DNA of 64,000 nt from Dipteris shenzhenensis (lineage: Eukaryota), in assembly GCA_047967505.1 (NCBI GenBank), contig CM106538.1. The stretch is one strand, 5' to 3'. Positions within the stretch are counted from its first letter, which is position 1. Every line of letters begins with the position of its first letter. Position numbers and translations under genes: made by a program. This document shows, in pieces, positions 12,408 through 26,174 of this stretch. Under the pieces are notes generated by a model. The model did no database searches. It was given only the letters and a program-made list of their open reading frames with translations, and was not told the origin of the DNA.

Positions 12408-12606
12408 ATGGATAGCTACCAGAAGCTGGAGCTAATCGGCTAGGGCTCTGATGGCGGTAAGGTATTCAAAGCTCACGACAAGCATTCTGGTTGCTTGGTC
12501 ACCATCAAGGAAACTCTTCTCCCCTTAGATGATGATCTCCATCCCAAAGGCCTTCCCTCCACCTCCCTATGTGATATTTTTCTTCTCCACATCCTGTCTG
12601 GCAGAC
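12408..12606 (+). pseudogene. Cyclin-dependent kinase (CDKB/CDKA-like) N-lobe fragment
   Basis: Translates [63 protein letters not shown]. This matches the CDK start (YEKLEKVGEGTYGKVYKA..K.TG..VALK...EG.P.T.LREISLL..LS). It has one stop and no downstream kinase exons. Confidence 0.8.
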
Positions 12607-13559
12607 TGCGCTCAGCATGGTCATGACGCAGGGTCGAGCAGCGAATCAAGAGAAGGAAACCTCCAAGAATAAGAATCGAGGCAGCACGAGGCGAATCCGA
12701 GAGGAGAGTAAGAACCCACTACGCGGCAACATCCGGAGGAGAAGGATTGGAGGGAAGAGGGACTCACTGTGGGAGGTATCGTTGTGCAGGCAGGGAGCAG
12801 TGACAAACTTCAAAGGCCATGCAAGCCTCAAGGACGACAACCCGAAAGGGAGAGAGGGGGAGTCAGCCGAAGAATGTTGCATCAAAGCTTGCCACAATCT
12901 ACCCGGCCTCTCTCGGGCAATCATTCGTCGTCTAATGAAATCTAGTGAACATAAATCTCCTGATGAAATCTGGCAACACATCCCGTGAAAACTTGCAATG
13001 CATCCCAATCGCTTTGATTAGACCTAGTGGAACATCTCATGCAGTTCCATCCAAAATCAAAACTGAGAACGATTGATTGTCCTCCACAGCACCACCACCT
13101 TTCCCTTGCTTGCTCGCTTCTTCCTATTTGAATTCTGTGACTCCATCATCCATGGTTGGCCTTTCCACGCACAATCTTTGTCAATGACTCTTTCTTCCTT
13201 GCTTTGCTCGTTTTTAGAACGGGTGACAGGCTTCTTGCAAAGATCAATCTTTTGCTGAACGCTTTTAACCGCCCTGCGCTCGATTCCTTCAGTCTCATTT
13301 GAAGTTCAAAAATTCACCTCGACTTCCGATCTTCTTTCGATCTTCTTTGTAGATGGGGGTTACAAGTAGTACATGTGAAACAAGGAAAAGAAAAGCAATC
13401 CACAGCTAGCAAGAGAGGCAAAGGGGAAGGGGCCAAAGAGCCAAGATAAAGAAGTTGAACAACAAGAACAAGAAGCCTGGAAGACGAAAAGCCATGTGTC
13501 AACTTCTAAAAAGGAATTCACCCATCAAAACTAGAGCTTAGGAATTTCGAAAATGCCCC

Positions 13560-14200
13560 CAAAAATTTGAATAATCACAAAACTTTACCCAACTCAATCC
13601 TTAAGCATTGTCTCTAGGAGTGCCACTGCTAACAAAGCCTTTACATGTGGATTAGTTGAGAGGAATGACTAAGTTGGATAGCTAAGTATGCTTAGAACTT
13701 GAGAATTCTTATTTTGAAATGTGTGCTTGTAGCATATCATGTCTATATTACTGACATAATATTAAAACACATTGGAAATAGATCTTAGAGATTTTTTTTG
13801 ACAGGGTAATAATGATGGGAAATTTTATTCATGGAAATCCATACTTTTTCCTGGGTCTAAGGGTGGATTGGGAGTTCCAAAGTTGACATTGAAATCCCAA
13901 TCATTATGTGATAAGTGCTTGACTCAAATTTTTTTCTTTAGATGCTCCCATGGGCAAACCATAAGAGACAGTAATTCCATAGACCTAAGCGTAATAAGAG
14001 TGGATGCTTGGATTGCACGGACAAGTTATTTTGGCCTTTGCTTTCAAGATTCTAGGATCAAATTTAACTTGGTAATCTTCCTCCCTCTCGAAAACCTCTT
14101 GTCAATACTATATTGGTAAGCTTAAAGGGCAAGATAATTGAGGTAACATCACAAAATTCACAACATTTTCAATGGTATTTTCAAGGGGAAATAGCATAGA
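13560..14200 (+). mobile_element. L1-type LINE ORF2 3' fragment, decayed
   Basis: FYSWKSILFPGSKGGLGVPKLTLKSQSL matches the post-RT W....PK..GGLG motif. Confidence 0.55.
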
Positions 14201-14448
14201 ATTAATTTTTAATAAAATGGATAGCATTTAAAAAAATATAAAAATAGATCCGTCAAAGATAACATCAAAAAAGTTATTGAAATTAGGTTCAATAATTAGA
14301 TTATGCTTCTAGCAACATGAAATTCAATGTTACGATTTTTATTTTAAAAATGCATATATTGAGACTACCGATTTTTAGCAAAATACTTCTAGAGCAAATG
14401 AGGCATGGTTGATGCCTTGATCCATCTTGTGAGAATACAATACCTTGA

Positions 14449-14452
<4 letters not shown>

Positions 14453-14507
<55 letters not shown>
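14453..14507. repeat. (CT)n microsatellite
   Basis: Direct reading. Confidence 0.95.
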
Positions 14508-14509
<2 letters not shown>

Positions 14510-14511
14510 GT

Positions 14512-16950
14512 TTGTGTGTGTCTTCATCCTATATATCTACTTTACTTTTACATAATTCAATCAAATGCAGCCATTCAAAAATTCAGAATCGCATTACTTC
14601 ATTAATTTCAGGAACCCTCAACACTTTCTTTAGTCAAACTATTTGATCACCTCCAATGATCCCTTCATAACTCCAATATTCACACTCATCTCATATGAAA
14701 CATTACAAATTCACATAACTCCTAAGTCTTCTAATTAATTTCCACACAAAGGAACCAAAGTGAAATACAGATATGTCTATTATCATTGTAGAATATGAAG
14801 TTTTCGTAGTATAAGCAACCATATATAAGTTGGAAATGGGGTATAAGCTATTCTGGTGGTATAAGCAACCATATATAAGTTGGAAAGGGGGTATAAGCTA
14901 TTTCAAATCTGCCATCATCATTCCTTTTGTTCCAAATCCCTCATACAGTCAATTGGGGTGAAAAAGTGAACAAGGGTATATATATGATCTTCCCAAAAAA
15001 ATTGTTGACTAATAGTTATAACTAGGGATTACCGAGTTTTCTCAAAATATCCATGTGTATGGTATACCACACATAGGAATGTTGTATGCAAAAGAACAAC
15101 TAGTATTATAAGTTATGTAGATGTATCTATCCATCTCGCCAATAGTAGATAGTGTGACAATGTAATCTTCAAAAACCTTCATCTGCAAATGTGGTTGAGA
15201 AGTGTGCCAACTCACCTGCATGCATCCACAAAAAGGACAAGTTAGAACGAGGACCTTTTAATGTGGGACTGCAGGCCTCCATGCTAGCACACAGTTGCTA
15301 TCCATGTCACCCAACTTGATTTGCATTTATTCTCATCATGGCACTTGAATTTCAAAAATATTTAGTAATTTAAAATGGCAATAAAAACATTCAATAAATG
15401 GGACTAAAAACATTTACTAAATGGTCATAAAAATGTTCAACGTATGGCAGTAAAAATCTGTGGCATTCAAGATTATACACAAGAATGGTCCCTGTATGCT
15501 CATATTATGGCACTTGGCCTCCCAAACCTATTTAGTAAATGGTCATAAACCTCTTCATTAAGTGGCATACAACATTCCTGATAACAAATACTATAAATCA
15601 GAGTGGTTCCTATGTACTGTTTTTAGCAAATCCCTCTAAACATGATCAGGGATAGAACCATTCATCTCCCAAGATTCGTTTTACTATTACTCCATGAGAG
15701 GACAACTATATGTCTAGCTCATATTTCAATATTATAATGCAACATACAAAAAGTTAACTTCAGTCTCCAAGGGCCATACACCCTTCCTATGTCCTCAACA
15801 ATTTCCTATATCCATTATTGTAAAGCATTACTCCTCAAAGTCAAAAATAAGAAGACGAACTAATTCTATTTCTCCCCTAGATACTTCTTGGGCAGTTTTT
15901 GGAAGCAGTCTATTCCATTTTTGCAAGTATTGGAGCTGCATGCGCGTGTCGACGATGTCTAAAACATTCCTCCTCATGTCAGTAGAATTATCTCATCGAT
16001 TTCCTCACTGGAGTGGAAGGTATTGTCATATACAGTCCATATCTCATAAAAATACTAAACTACATTATGGGAGAAAGGTCGAGTCTCTTGTATACAATCA
16101 ATGCATCATCTAATGGGATCTCTAGACACCACGCCATCGTCAAATATACAATGGCATATCTCCTTGTAGATTACATGTAATCTACCTCCTCTTCCACTTG
16201 TCGTTTGCATCTCGAGCATATCAGCAAAACTACTACAATGGATGCTCGGTTTTTTGGGGTTTGTGAGAGCCTTGTTCCTTTCATGGTTTTGTGGCAGTAC
16301 GTGCCCCAATGTACTCACGGTCGCATTATAGCCGCCTCTCCTTATGATCAAATCCCTGGTTCAAATCTCCTCTAATGTTTTAGTAATATAAACAATTATT
16401 TTCCTCTCGTTTTTTAGTCATCACATTGGTCAATCGGTTGGGGCCTTCGAATATTCAATTGAAACTATTGAATAGACAAGCCCTCCTTTTTATCCTTTGT
16501 ACAAATCGTTCCCATAGTGGTTACTTGCTGAGTTATTTGCAGTCCCTTCGATTTACTTCCTATGACTCTATTCCTACATTAACTTTACTTTTAATAAGAG
16601 AGTAGTTAATCAACATATTCTCCCTTGTAAAAATATATATCTAGACCCACAATCTATAGTCATCTATGGTTCGGAATTCCAATTACACGTATGTATGTCT
16701 CTTATACTAATATTCTTGCTACATAAAAATCCAATCACTGTCAATATTCTAGGTATACATATGTTTACCAATTATCGACTTACCCTTGGTGCACCCTAGT
16801 CATACCATCTCCTTATAGACATCCTGATAACCTTTCTATTGTTTCTTAGATCAAATATCCATAAGATGGTGTCCTCTCAAGGGGGAATCCATTATTTTAC
16901 TTACATAGATGTTTTTCAACACTTCCTATAATGGAAGTGTGTGTGTGTGT
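14512..16950 (-). repeat. ~2.4-kb repeat, copy A, bounded by (TG)n on both sides
   Basis: Colinear with 27107-28760 plus 31691-32437. The left part on the minus strand reads like a LINE zf-RVT tail (SCSFAYTLW in copy B, WNKRN). Confidence 0.85.
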
Positions 16951-19888
16951 TTCCCACCTATCGCAATCCTGCAAGTCCAACACACAATCCAAGTGAGGGT
17001 AGTAGACCGCCCATCACTATGGATTGGGTCGGACTACTACCCAATAAATCTATAATCAGAAGTTCAGAGGAAATGTTAGCTTAGGAAATGTACTTACCCA
17101 ACCACTTCCATAATTTTTGAAGGTCCAAGTTGCATCTGGGGAACTCCAGTTGTAGGAATATTCTTATCACTTTTCTACATTTTCCTCCCTTCAACTAATT
17201 TTTCTCAAAGTTCCTGATGAACTTTTTGATTTGTATAAAGGCATTGAAATTCTCTTTTTTAGTGTTTAGTATGGGAATTACTTGGAAAAGGATTACTTTC
17301 TCAGAAAATGATATAGGTCGGTTACTACATGCCCATATGAACTTACACACTAGGTAATCCAGGGAATCAGTTTTATCAAATCTGTTTGTCACTGTTATTC
17401 CATTATTCTTGTTGGTGATAGTAATGGACATGTTCAAGAAGTTGGCTTTCACTCCTAAATTGTTACCATCATCCCCAATTTGTATATCCACTGTAGTATC
17501 TTTGATTTCTAGGAATTGGAGGGGTAGATCCAAAACGGGCCTTCTCTTGTGATTTGAAGAACTCTTTTGGGGAGTCAACATTGACTAATAATATATCATC
17601 CATATATCTAAAGGGGTGTTTATAAATCTAGATAATCTCCCCCAATCCTCATAATTTCTCAATAAAGTTACACTCAAACCAATGTAAATATAAGTTACAC
17701 CATAGTGGTGAACAAGAAATTCACATGGGTATACCTGAGACTTGTTTAAATACATGGTCTGCTAGTCTCAAGTGCATATTTTCTGGGAGCCACATATTGA
17801 TCTTCACACATTATTTTTCTGACCATGATGTCAAGGTCTTACTTCTTCTATTGCTCCACAAAGCTTTTTTCCTTCTCCAGTTTAGATGCAGATAACATTT
17901 TCCTTTCCTTACATAAGCCATGCCAATGATTTTTGAAATAATATTTTTTATTCTGTACCTCCCTTCTAGAGGGATGTTTTCATAACACTTTCCAATATCT
18001 GCAGTGAAAACTAAGTCTGATTCGGTAAATTCAATTTTACTTCGTAAATGGAACTAACTAACCAGAATGCACATATTGTAATATTGGCCTCTGATTTAAT
18101 TCATACTTGAAGATCCTTGGATGACTCCATGATGGGATCCAAGCATGCTTGTAATGCGAAAGTGATTAATGAAGCCAATTCCGAAAAGACACAAAGGTGT
18201 GCATTAGTAATCCATTTGAAAGTGTTCTTATGAGCTTTGAAGGTAGCCATGAGATATGGTAATGAATGAGAATCAACAGTAGTATTCAAGTTAAAGTTTT
18301 GAATATCTTCGACCAGTCGGTCTAAGATGTATGGGCTACTCACTCTCTCGAAGTCCCTGCTGAATACCCTTAGTACTGCCTGATCGAAAATGAACTTTTT
18401 ACATCTATATGCTGGACTCGAATCTGACTTATTTGTGGAAGTAATAAAAAGGGATCTCATAACTCTCCTACCCTCCTTCATTATAGATGGGGTATTCATG
18501 GGGTCCCCTTTTTCCTCAATGTGTAGTTTCTTTCTATTTGTTGTCGATCTCCCCAAATGGTCATTGCAAAATAATCTAAAGTCCCTCTCCATTGGGTTAA
18601 GAACAAAGGACTTAGTGTAATTAATTGGTTCCAAATCATAAACAGTTAGTGTCCCCTCAATACTCAAATGTTTCCTAGGGATATGTCCTAATCCTTTCTT
18701 CATATATCCCTTTAATATGTTATCCACAATTTCATTATCAATAGTACATACATGTCCCCATTCCTTTTTAATGAATTTTCTAAAAGTATTCGTTTCACAT
18801 TGGCATGCAATGTCTGATCCATCCCTGAATACTGACCGCCGTCCCCGGTTTACAAAGTATAGATGCTAAATTATCAGACAACTTCCAAGCAATGCTAATG
18901 TCTTTCATGGTATCAATCAAGTCACACATCTTGTGGTGGGATAGAAAAGCTATAAATAGTTTCCTAATTGAAAACATTTCAAGTAATGGGTTATCAAATA
19001 GTGCATGAACAAAGACGTTAAATTCTTTTCTTTAGTCATCAAAGTTTTCCAGTTATGTGGTAACATCACGATACTTCTCAAGCGAATATTACATACCTAC
19101 CATCAATTAATCCTTGTCATCATAAAGCAGAGGTCACATAGGAAGGTTCTTGTTCTTCGTATTAGTGTATGGCATGGTCTTACCACCTCTTAAGATCTTT
19201 GATGGTCGTACCTAGGATTCCGGACTATCTAGATGCACTGAGCTCTCTGAAGGGGGTTGTCATTCGATCTACATCTTACTAGAATAGTGGTCCCTAGGTG
19301 AATTCCCTAGGTGAATAATAGGAAGTGTGGCCCCGGCCCCTTGTATAACCGATGTGTCCTGCTGACCTTCCCCTTACTCGAGATCCATATGCTCTAGATG
19401 GTAGCATTTCAGGGGACCGTAGCATGAGTTCCTCATACAACATCACTCCTGGCGATGGTTGGGGTAGTAGTGGAGTAAGAGGGTTCTTCTCCAAATTCTT
19501 AACGGCCAATAAAACTAGCTCCCTCATGTAGTGGATGTGAGAGACACCTTGCAGAATATAACCATATCACTAGCCTTCATAAATCCAAAAGATCATAAAT
19601 ATTAGTAACATTAATCTCATGTTTAATATTGTGCCAAATGCATCAATGGACGGAAATACATCATACATGCCTCCATGAATAAAAGGAAGGAGTTGAAGGC
19701 AGCTTTTAGTGTCTGTTCAGAAAAAACGCTAGTAGATTATGCAGGATGTACCAAATTCCATGATCACACCATAGCGGTTGTGCTTTGCAATCAATCTTTT
19801 CTTCCAAACATCTGCATTTAATATATGGTCTGCCAACATTGCAGATATCATTCAAGTATTTTGAAGTTCTCCTTTCTATTTCTAATAT

Positions 19889-22800
19889 CACAACAACACA
19901 AAGCAACTATAGACGCGCTTGGTAGGCGCGCAAAATAGCGGGCGCGTCTATAGGCGTTGCTCTAGTAGAGAAATTACGGGCGCGTCTATTAGCGTGGCTA
20001 AATGCTTGTCTATTTACGTGTCAATCACCGCGTTTATTTGCACGTTAGACCTGAGAAAATACGGGCCCGTCTAACATCCTGTTTATTAGCGCGTCTATTT
20101 GCGCGTGTATTTGTGCGTTTATTTATGCGTTTACACTGAGAATCAGACGCGCATTTAGACGCGCTCCAGAGAATACAGAAAGTGAGATTTTGGTGTACAT
20201 CATTGCTTTCCAAACATTGCCCATGATTACCAAAGCACATAATTTTTTGCAAGCCCACATATACAAGAATTAAGGGAAATGAGGAGAATGAGACAATATG
20301 TAAAATAGTTTTGCCAATATCAAATGTGGGGCTACGGTTCAATCTCATCCTCAATGAGATCAACCCTTGCCAAACTATCTACTTCAAAATCCAAACAAGT
20401 GTTTAGATCTACAAATACATTCAACCCACTACTACTTGTGCCACTCATGTGCTCATCGAAATCAAGATCTCCAATGGTAGGCTCGTCCTCACGGGTAATG
20501 CCGGCCTCAATATCTATATCTCCTATCTCATGATCATCCTCCTCTCTTGTATCACGGTCATCATCACATCCATGGCCATGATCATCCTCCATACGCTCCA
20601 TATTAGTAAATGTACTATACATCACTTTGGAGCGTGGCATAATAGGTATGACATGCCACCACCTATTATTATCCACCATTGGTTGATAGACAACCTAATT
20701 CAAACACAAATACAATCATGTTACTTTTCTTGCATCAAATATTTAAAAGCGAGTATTTTTATGTGTGTGCACAGTACCTGTTCACATTGTTGCGGTAGTA
20801 TTAGTGTGTCCTTCCTACTTTGCCAAAATTTTGTGGAGTCAATAGTTACAAAGCCACTTGCATGGCGTTTGATTGTTGCATTAGGGCCTCTTTCCACCAC
20901 GTCCTTAAACCACTTTACATCCAAAACATACACAAAGAAGCGTCGAAAGTCAAGCATAATGATATCTTGGATTATGCCACAATAATCATCCATGACTCCA
21001 TTGGCTCCCTCAAAGCTAGCAATGATGCCGCAATCTTGTGTGTTTCTCTTATCATCAATCCGTTGTGTTCGAAAATGCTTGCCCTCACACCATATAGCAT
21101 TGAACATAGTGCACTACACCAAGAAAAAATCAATTAAATAAGCAATCTAAATTATAAAAACCTCCTAACTTATGCATAACATTCTATATACCGACCTTGC
21201 TCATGCATCCCCTAGCATACTCCCATTCTTCCATTGTGATATGCATCCCCTCGTCTTTCTCTGCTTTCTCCATTTCATCAAGTAGCCAATCCACATGAAT
21301 ATCCTTTGGAAGTGCTCTTAGATGCTGAGGGTATGGCACACGAGATCCGTGGTGTGTACGAAAGAGGGCCCTTTCTTCTTGTCTTCTTGCCTTTGCATCC
21401 TCGTATCTTGTCACCCATCTTTTCATCACATCACTATTAAGCATGCAAAAGAGGTTGATACTATTACGCAACTCCGTGTCTATTACTTTGTTGCGTCCTT
21501 TTCCTTGAGGCACAATAGAGGTCATCCTTAGGTCTTCATCATCTCTCCATAGTCGTGGGAAAGAGCTATCCACATCAACAAGAAACTCAAAAATATATAC
21601 AAGTGACTCTTGTACCAACCAACCCTCGGCCATGCTACCTTCGGGTCTTGCATTTTGTCTCACGAAGCCCTTCAAGGTCTTCATGAAGCGCTCGAGGAAG
21701 AACAACCATCGTGCATGTATAGTACCGCATATAGCAATCTCATCCACCAAATGCACTATGAGATGTAGTTGGCTTGTGAGAATAGAACGTGGAAATGTCT
21801 CCTCCACTAAACAAACCGCCTCCACTGACATAACTCGAGCATTCTCAAGCATGGTGGGATCTATTTCCTTTGAGCTCACATACCTCACAAGCTCGCCCAT
21901 CTTGTAAATACAATCTTTCACGTCCTTTGATGCACTACGTGAAATGCTAGTAGGTAGTATGAACTGAACCCGTGAGGAGATGGTTGATTAGTTGCTTATA
22001 GCTATTCACTCACAAATTTGAAAGGAAAAAGATATTATGCATATAAAATACTTACTTGGAGCATCTTGTGCCAATCATGAGATTTCAAGCCATATAATTG
22101 CTCTACACCTCTTTTCTTGCTCTTTGTAAAGGCTCCCTTCAAACACCTCATGCATCCAGTGGGAGTACGAATTGTAGTAATAGCGCGCTTCACCGTCGCC
22201 ATCTCTAGCTTTGATAACATCCACAGTGCACGAGGTAAAAAAACACACCCATTTGGTCTCTCTTGAGGCCAAGCTTCACGCATCCTCCCTGTGGTACGTA
22301 GATCCTCCCTGTGGTATGTAGATCCTCCCTTATGCCTGCCGAATCTCGTGTCCCATTCAAATGCTCCCAAATGGTAGATGCCACATTCTTGAAGATATGC
22401 ATGGGATCGAGCAGGTGATTGATCTTGAGGTGGGACCAATATGGTAAACGATAAAAGATGGAGTATCTAAACAAAATAAAGTGTTAGCGTGCAATCCTCA
22501 CTTTCAACCAATATAGCCAATCTTTACTTCTAGCCAATAGTTACAAATCCTTACCGGCTCATGCCAAGTGGTGGAGGAGTCGTGGAACCGTCCCAAATTC
22601 TCATCCAATCTCCCACGGTGAGTGATTGTTGGAGGACTTCATTCCAAGGGGCAACATATCTAGGATGATCAGGTGGGAGAAATCGATGGTGATTCTCATA
22701 GATGACCTTATTCAATGCGTCTGCCCGTGAGGCAACTAGCGAAGGACCACAAACAGGACATGCATGGTAACCCGATGTAGTGAGACCTGAAACAATAGAT

Positions 22801-25800
22801 GCAATTAAGAGTGGAAGGTGGGTTTAGGGTGCCATGTCCTTGCCTATTCATAATTACAAAATGCAATGCTTACCTGAACACTCGCCATAGCCTGGGAAGT
22901 CATGCATCGTCCACATCAAGACTGCTTTGCAGTTGAAGTCTCGTGACGAGGGAGGCCTGCTCACATCATGCACCTCGATACCTCTCCAAAGTATCTCTAG
23001 CTCATCAATCAAAGGCTCCAAATAAACATCAGGGTTTTTGACTTTATGTTTCCCTGGAATTAGAAGGGACAACATGACATGTCCTTTCTTAATAGCCATA
23101 GAGGGTGGAAGATTGTAATTCACCAATACCACTGGCCATACACTGTAAGACGTGCTTTTGAGACCAAATGGGTTCACACCGTCCATACCCAATCCAAGTC
23201 TCAAGTTCCTAGGTTCTTCCTTGAAGCTTGGCCATGTGTCTTCAATATGCTTCCACGTAGGAGAGTCCGCGGGAGTTCTCGACTTGCCATCGGTTGATCG
23301 ATGGGAGGAATGCCATGACATGAGCTCTGCAATAGATTTGCACTTGAACATATGTTGGATGCGAGGGATTATGGGAAAATGTCGCAATATCTTACGAGGC
23401 ACGTCCAAGGTTTTGAGATCTGCTCTATATCTTGCCTCTCCACAAGTAGGACACTCTCTTGCATCCTTATGTAGTCCACGAAACAAAACGCAATCGTTGA
23501 CACATGCATGGATGCGCTTGTAATCTAATCCTCCAAGAGAGGTCACATGTTGCGTTGCCATATCTCTTGAGGTCGGTAATTTATTCTCCCTTGGAAGCAT
23601 TTTACACAATAGCCTGCACGTGAAGACCATAAATGAGGAAAAGCATTCGAGTAATTGACCCACTAGCATAATTCACCATGTTTGCAAAATCGACTTTAAA
23701 GCTTACTTGAGTAATGCATTCAAACTTGCATTGCTCCATCCATAGATGGTTTGCAAGTTTAGTAACTCAAGGGAGGCACGTAGAACAGAGAATGTGCACC
23801 CCTCAAACAGTGGAGTCGATGCTGCGGTAAAAAGGTCATCCTGCTCCATGCTATTATCCCTCCCTTGATGGACATATAAATCCCACACCATATCATCAAA
23901 CACCTCCTCCTCCACGGCTTCATGAGGTAATGGTGGAAGGCTACTATCACCATCACTCCATGCGTCCGTAACGGTCCCTCCTGAAGATCCCACCTCATAT
24001 CGCCGACGCTTCGCCTCCTCACGACGGGCATAGCGTAACATGTGCGGGTGTGGCACTGCATCCTGTATCAAATTAAAACGGGATCATTATAACTCAAACA
24101 TATGAACACCCATAGGTATCTCAATCAACCTTAACTTACAAATCCTTACCCTGTTTACGGTCACATCCCATTCTCCATACTTTGAGATATGATTGAGTGT
24201 AATCTTGCGTGCACGATACATGTTTCCTCGACATCGATCACACAGACATTTGATTTTTTGCTCCAACCACATTTCGCGATGGTGGATACGGAGGGATTCA
24301 TCCTCACTGGAGCTGCTTGTTGAAGATGGAGACATCCTACAAACAAACAACCCACCAAATTTGCTCTTCTTCAAATGCTTAACTTAAAAACTCTGTGTTG
24401 CGTCTATCGCCACGTCTATCATCGCGTCTAATGTCGCGTCTAATTGCGCGTCTAAATGCCCGTCTACTCTGTGTATTTAAATGCGCCTGTAGACGTGCTA
24501 ATAGACGCGACTATAGACGCATCTACTCTGTGTATTCAGATGCGACTATAGACGTGCTAATAGACGCGACTATACTCGCGACTTTTAAACCTACTTTTTG
24601 GCGCGCCGCTCGCTTTGCTTTTCTTTTGACTACTTAAACTTCACGAGCGGCTTTCTTCCTTCTTTATTAGCAGTTCTATAGATTCGAAGCTTAAGAGAGA
24701 GCCTCCCATACACAGTTCCAAGCTTTCACTCAAGACAAAGGGACCGTACCTACACAGCTTGCTTCCAAGCCTAAAGAAGAGGAGGAGTACGAACAAGGAG
24801 AAGAAACAAGTTTGGAAAAGAAAGATCCTTCCATACCTTTTTCCAAGTAAGTCCTTTTGAAGTTGTTCTTGCTTGCTCTTTCCAGTTTTGTACTTTTTCG
24901 CATCCACGAAACGCAGCATCTAGGTATGAGCGACATGCTCTTTTGTCAGGCGAAACGTCCTTTTCGACTTTTGAGTATCTCGACTATCGGAGCGCGTGTA
25001 TAGAGGCGTCTGAGGGCGCATCTAAACGCGCATCTACAGGCGCGTCTATATGTGTGTCTGGCTTGTTACAGACACACATAGACGCGTATATAGATGCTCG
25101 CACAGACGCTCTATTAAACGGAGTTTTAAACGAATTGTTAGACGCGCTTTTAGACGCACTGTTAGACGGATGTTTGGACGGACTGTTAGACGCGGTGATA
25201 GACGCGCTTTTTAACGCACTGTTAGACGGATTGATGAACGGACTGTTAGACGCGCTTTTACTTGAATTGTTAAACGCTCTGTTAGACGCGTTTATAGACG
25301 CGAAGATTAGACGGGTCTATAGACGCGCTCTGACAGAGCCTCTTTTTTTTTTTCCCCTTTCTTCTCAGCTCCCAAAGTAATAGATTTTTTTATTTTTTTC
25401 CAATTTAACATGTGGGGAGGAAGTGCTTCTAGCTCACCTGATCCACGTGAATCGATATGGAAGGATTTATATAATATTTTAGGGCACCCTCCTAGTCCTG
25501 CGGAGTTATACGGGTACATGACGGGTACCCTTAACACTCCCCAGGAGTCGGCACTACAGACTCCGAGCCACCCCACACCGCCTGAGATCACCCCAGCGGA
25601 GTCCGCACAGCCGTCTTATGCCCTGTCTTATGCCCCTTCCCCCGTACCGTCTTATGCCCCTTCCCCCATGCCGTCTTATGTCCCTTCTACCATCCCGTCT
25701 TATGCCCCTTCCCCCATGCCTTCAGGAGGTCCTTCTGCCTCAGCGAGCTGTCGACGTACTCCCCAGCCGTCGAGACTCGGTTCTCCAGCTATGAGTGGTC

Positions 25801-26174
25801 AGCGTAGTCCCGCGATTATAGAATGTGGATATGGGATTCTTGTAACTATATAGCATACACAACATACACAGTATTCTGTAAATTTTTTTTTTTTTTTAAA
25901 GGCGCGTCTATCAGTGCGTTTAAAAACGCGTTTATATTCGCGTCTGTTTGTTCAACTTGCATCTATACGTGCGTCTATCAAAGCGTTTATATGCGTGTCT
26001 ATTTACGCGTGTATAAGCGCGTCTATATGCGCGTAAGTCTGATATATAGACGTGCAATTAGACGCGGGTCTCCTGACGTGCAAATAGACGCGCAAATAGA
26101 CGCACCCGTAAGTTTTTTATTTAGTTCATGAAACGCGTCTGTGCGTGCGTCTATGGGGGCTTTGTCTTGTTGTG
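19889..26174 (-). mobile_element. Full-length CACTA/EnSpm element with CACAA termini
   Basis: 28-bp TIRs: CACAACAACACAAAGCAACTATAGACGC and the reverse complement CACAACAAGACAAAGCCCCCATAGACGC. TSD TAT at 19886-19888 and 26175-26177. TAGACGCG subterminal repeats. Confidence 0.95.
20332..24335 (-). pseudogene. CACTA TnpD-type transposase (Transposase_21, DUF4218, DUF4216), 8 exons, one frameshift
   Basis: Exons 24335-24150, 24062-23707, 23613-22874, 22786-22555, 22466-22056, 21963-21196, 21113-20778 and 20694-20332, all with GT-AG introns in phase. Motifs include HACVNDC, DGVNPF, YNLPP, HDFPG, DPMH, GLKSHDWH and FLERFM. A 20-bp duplication at 22281-22320 shifts the frame. Confidence 0.9.

Noticed and set aside
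12610-12900. Minus-strand AASILILGGFLLLIRCSTL, resembling a tyrosine-recombinase first-Arg box
   Set aside because: No HxxR or Tyr motifs follow, and the match is too short to call.
24395-26131. ORFs rich in LDALL or RVY repeats
   Set aside because: They are translations of TAGACGCG arrays.
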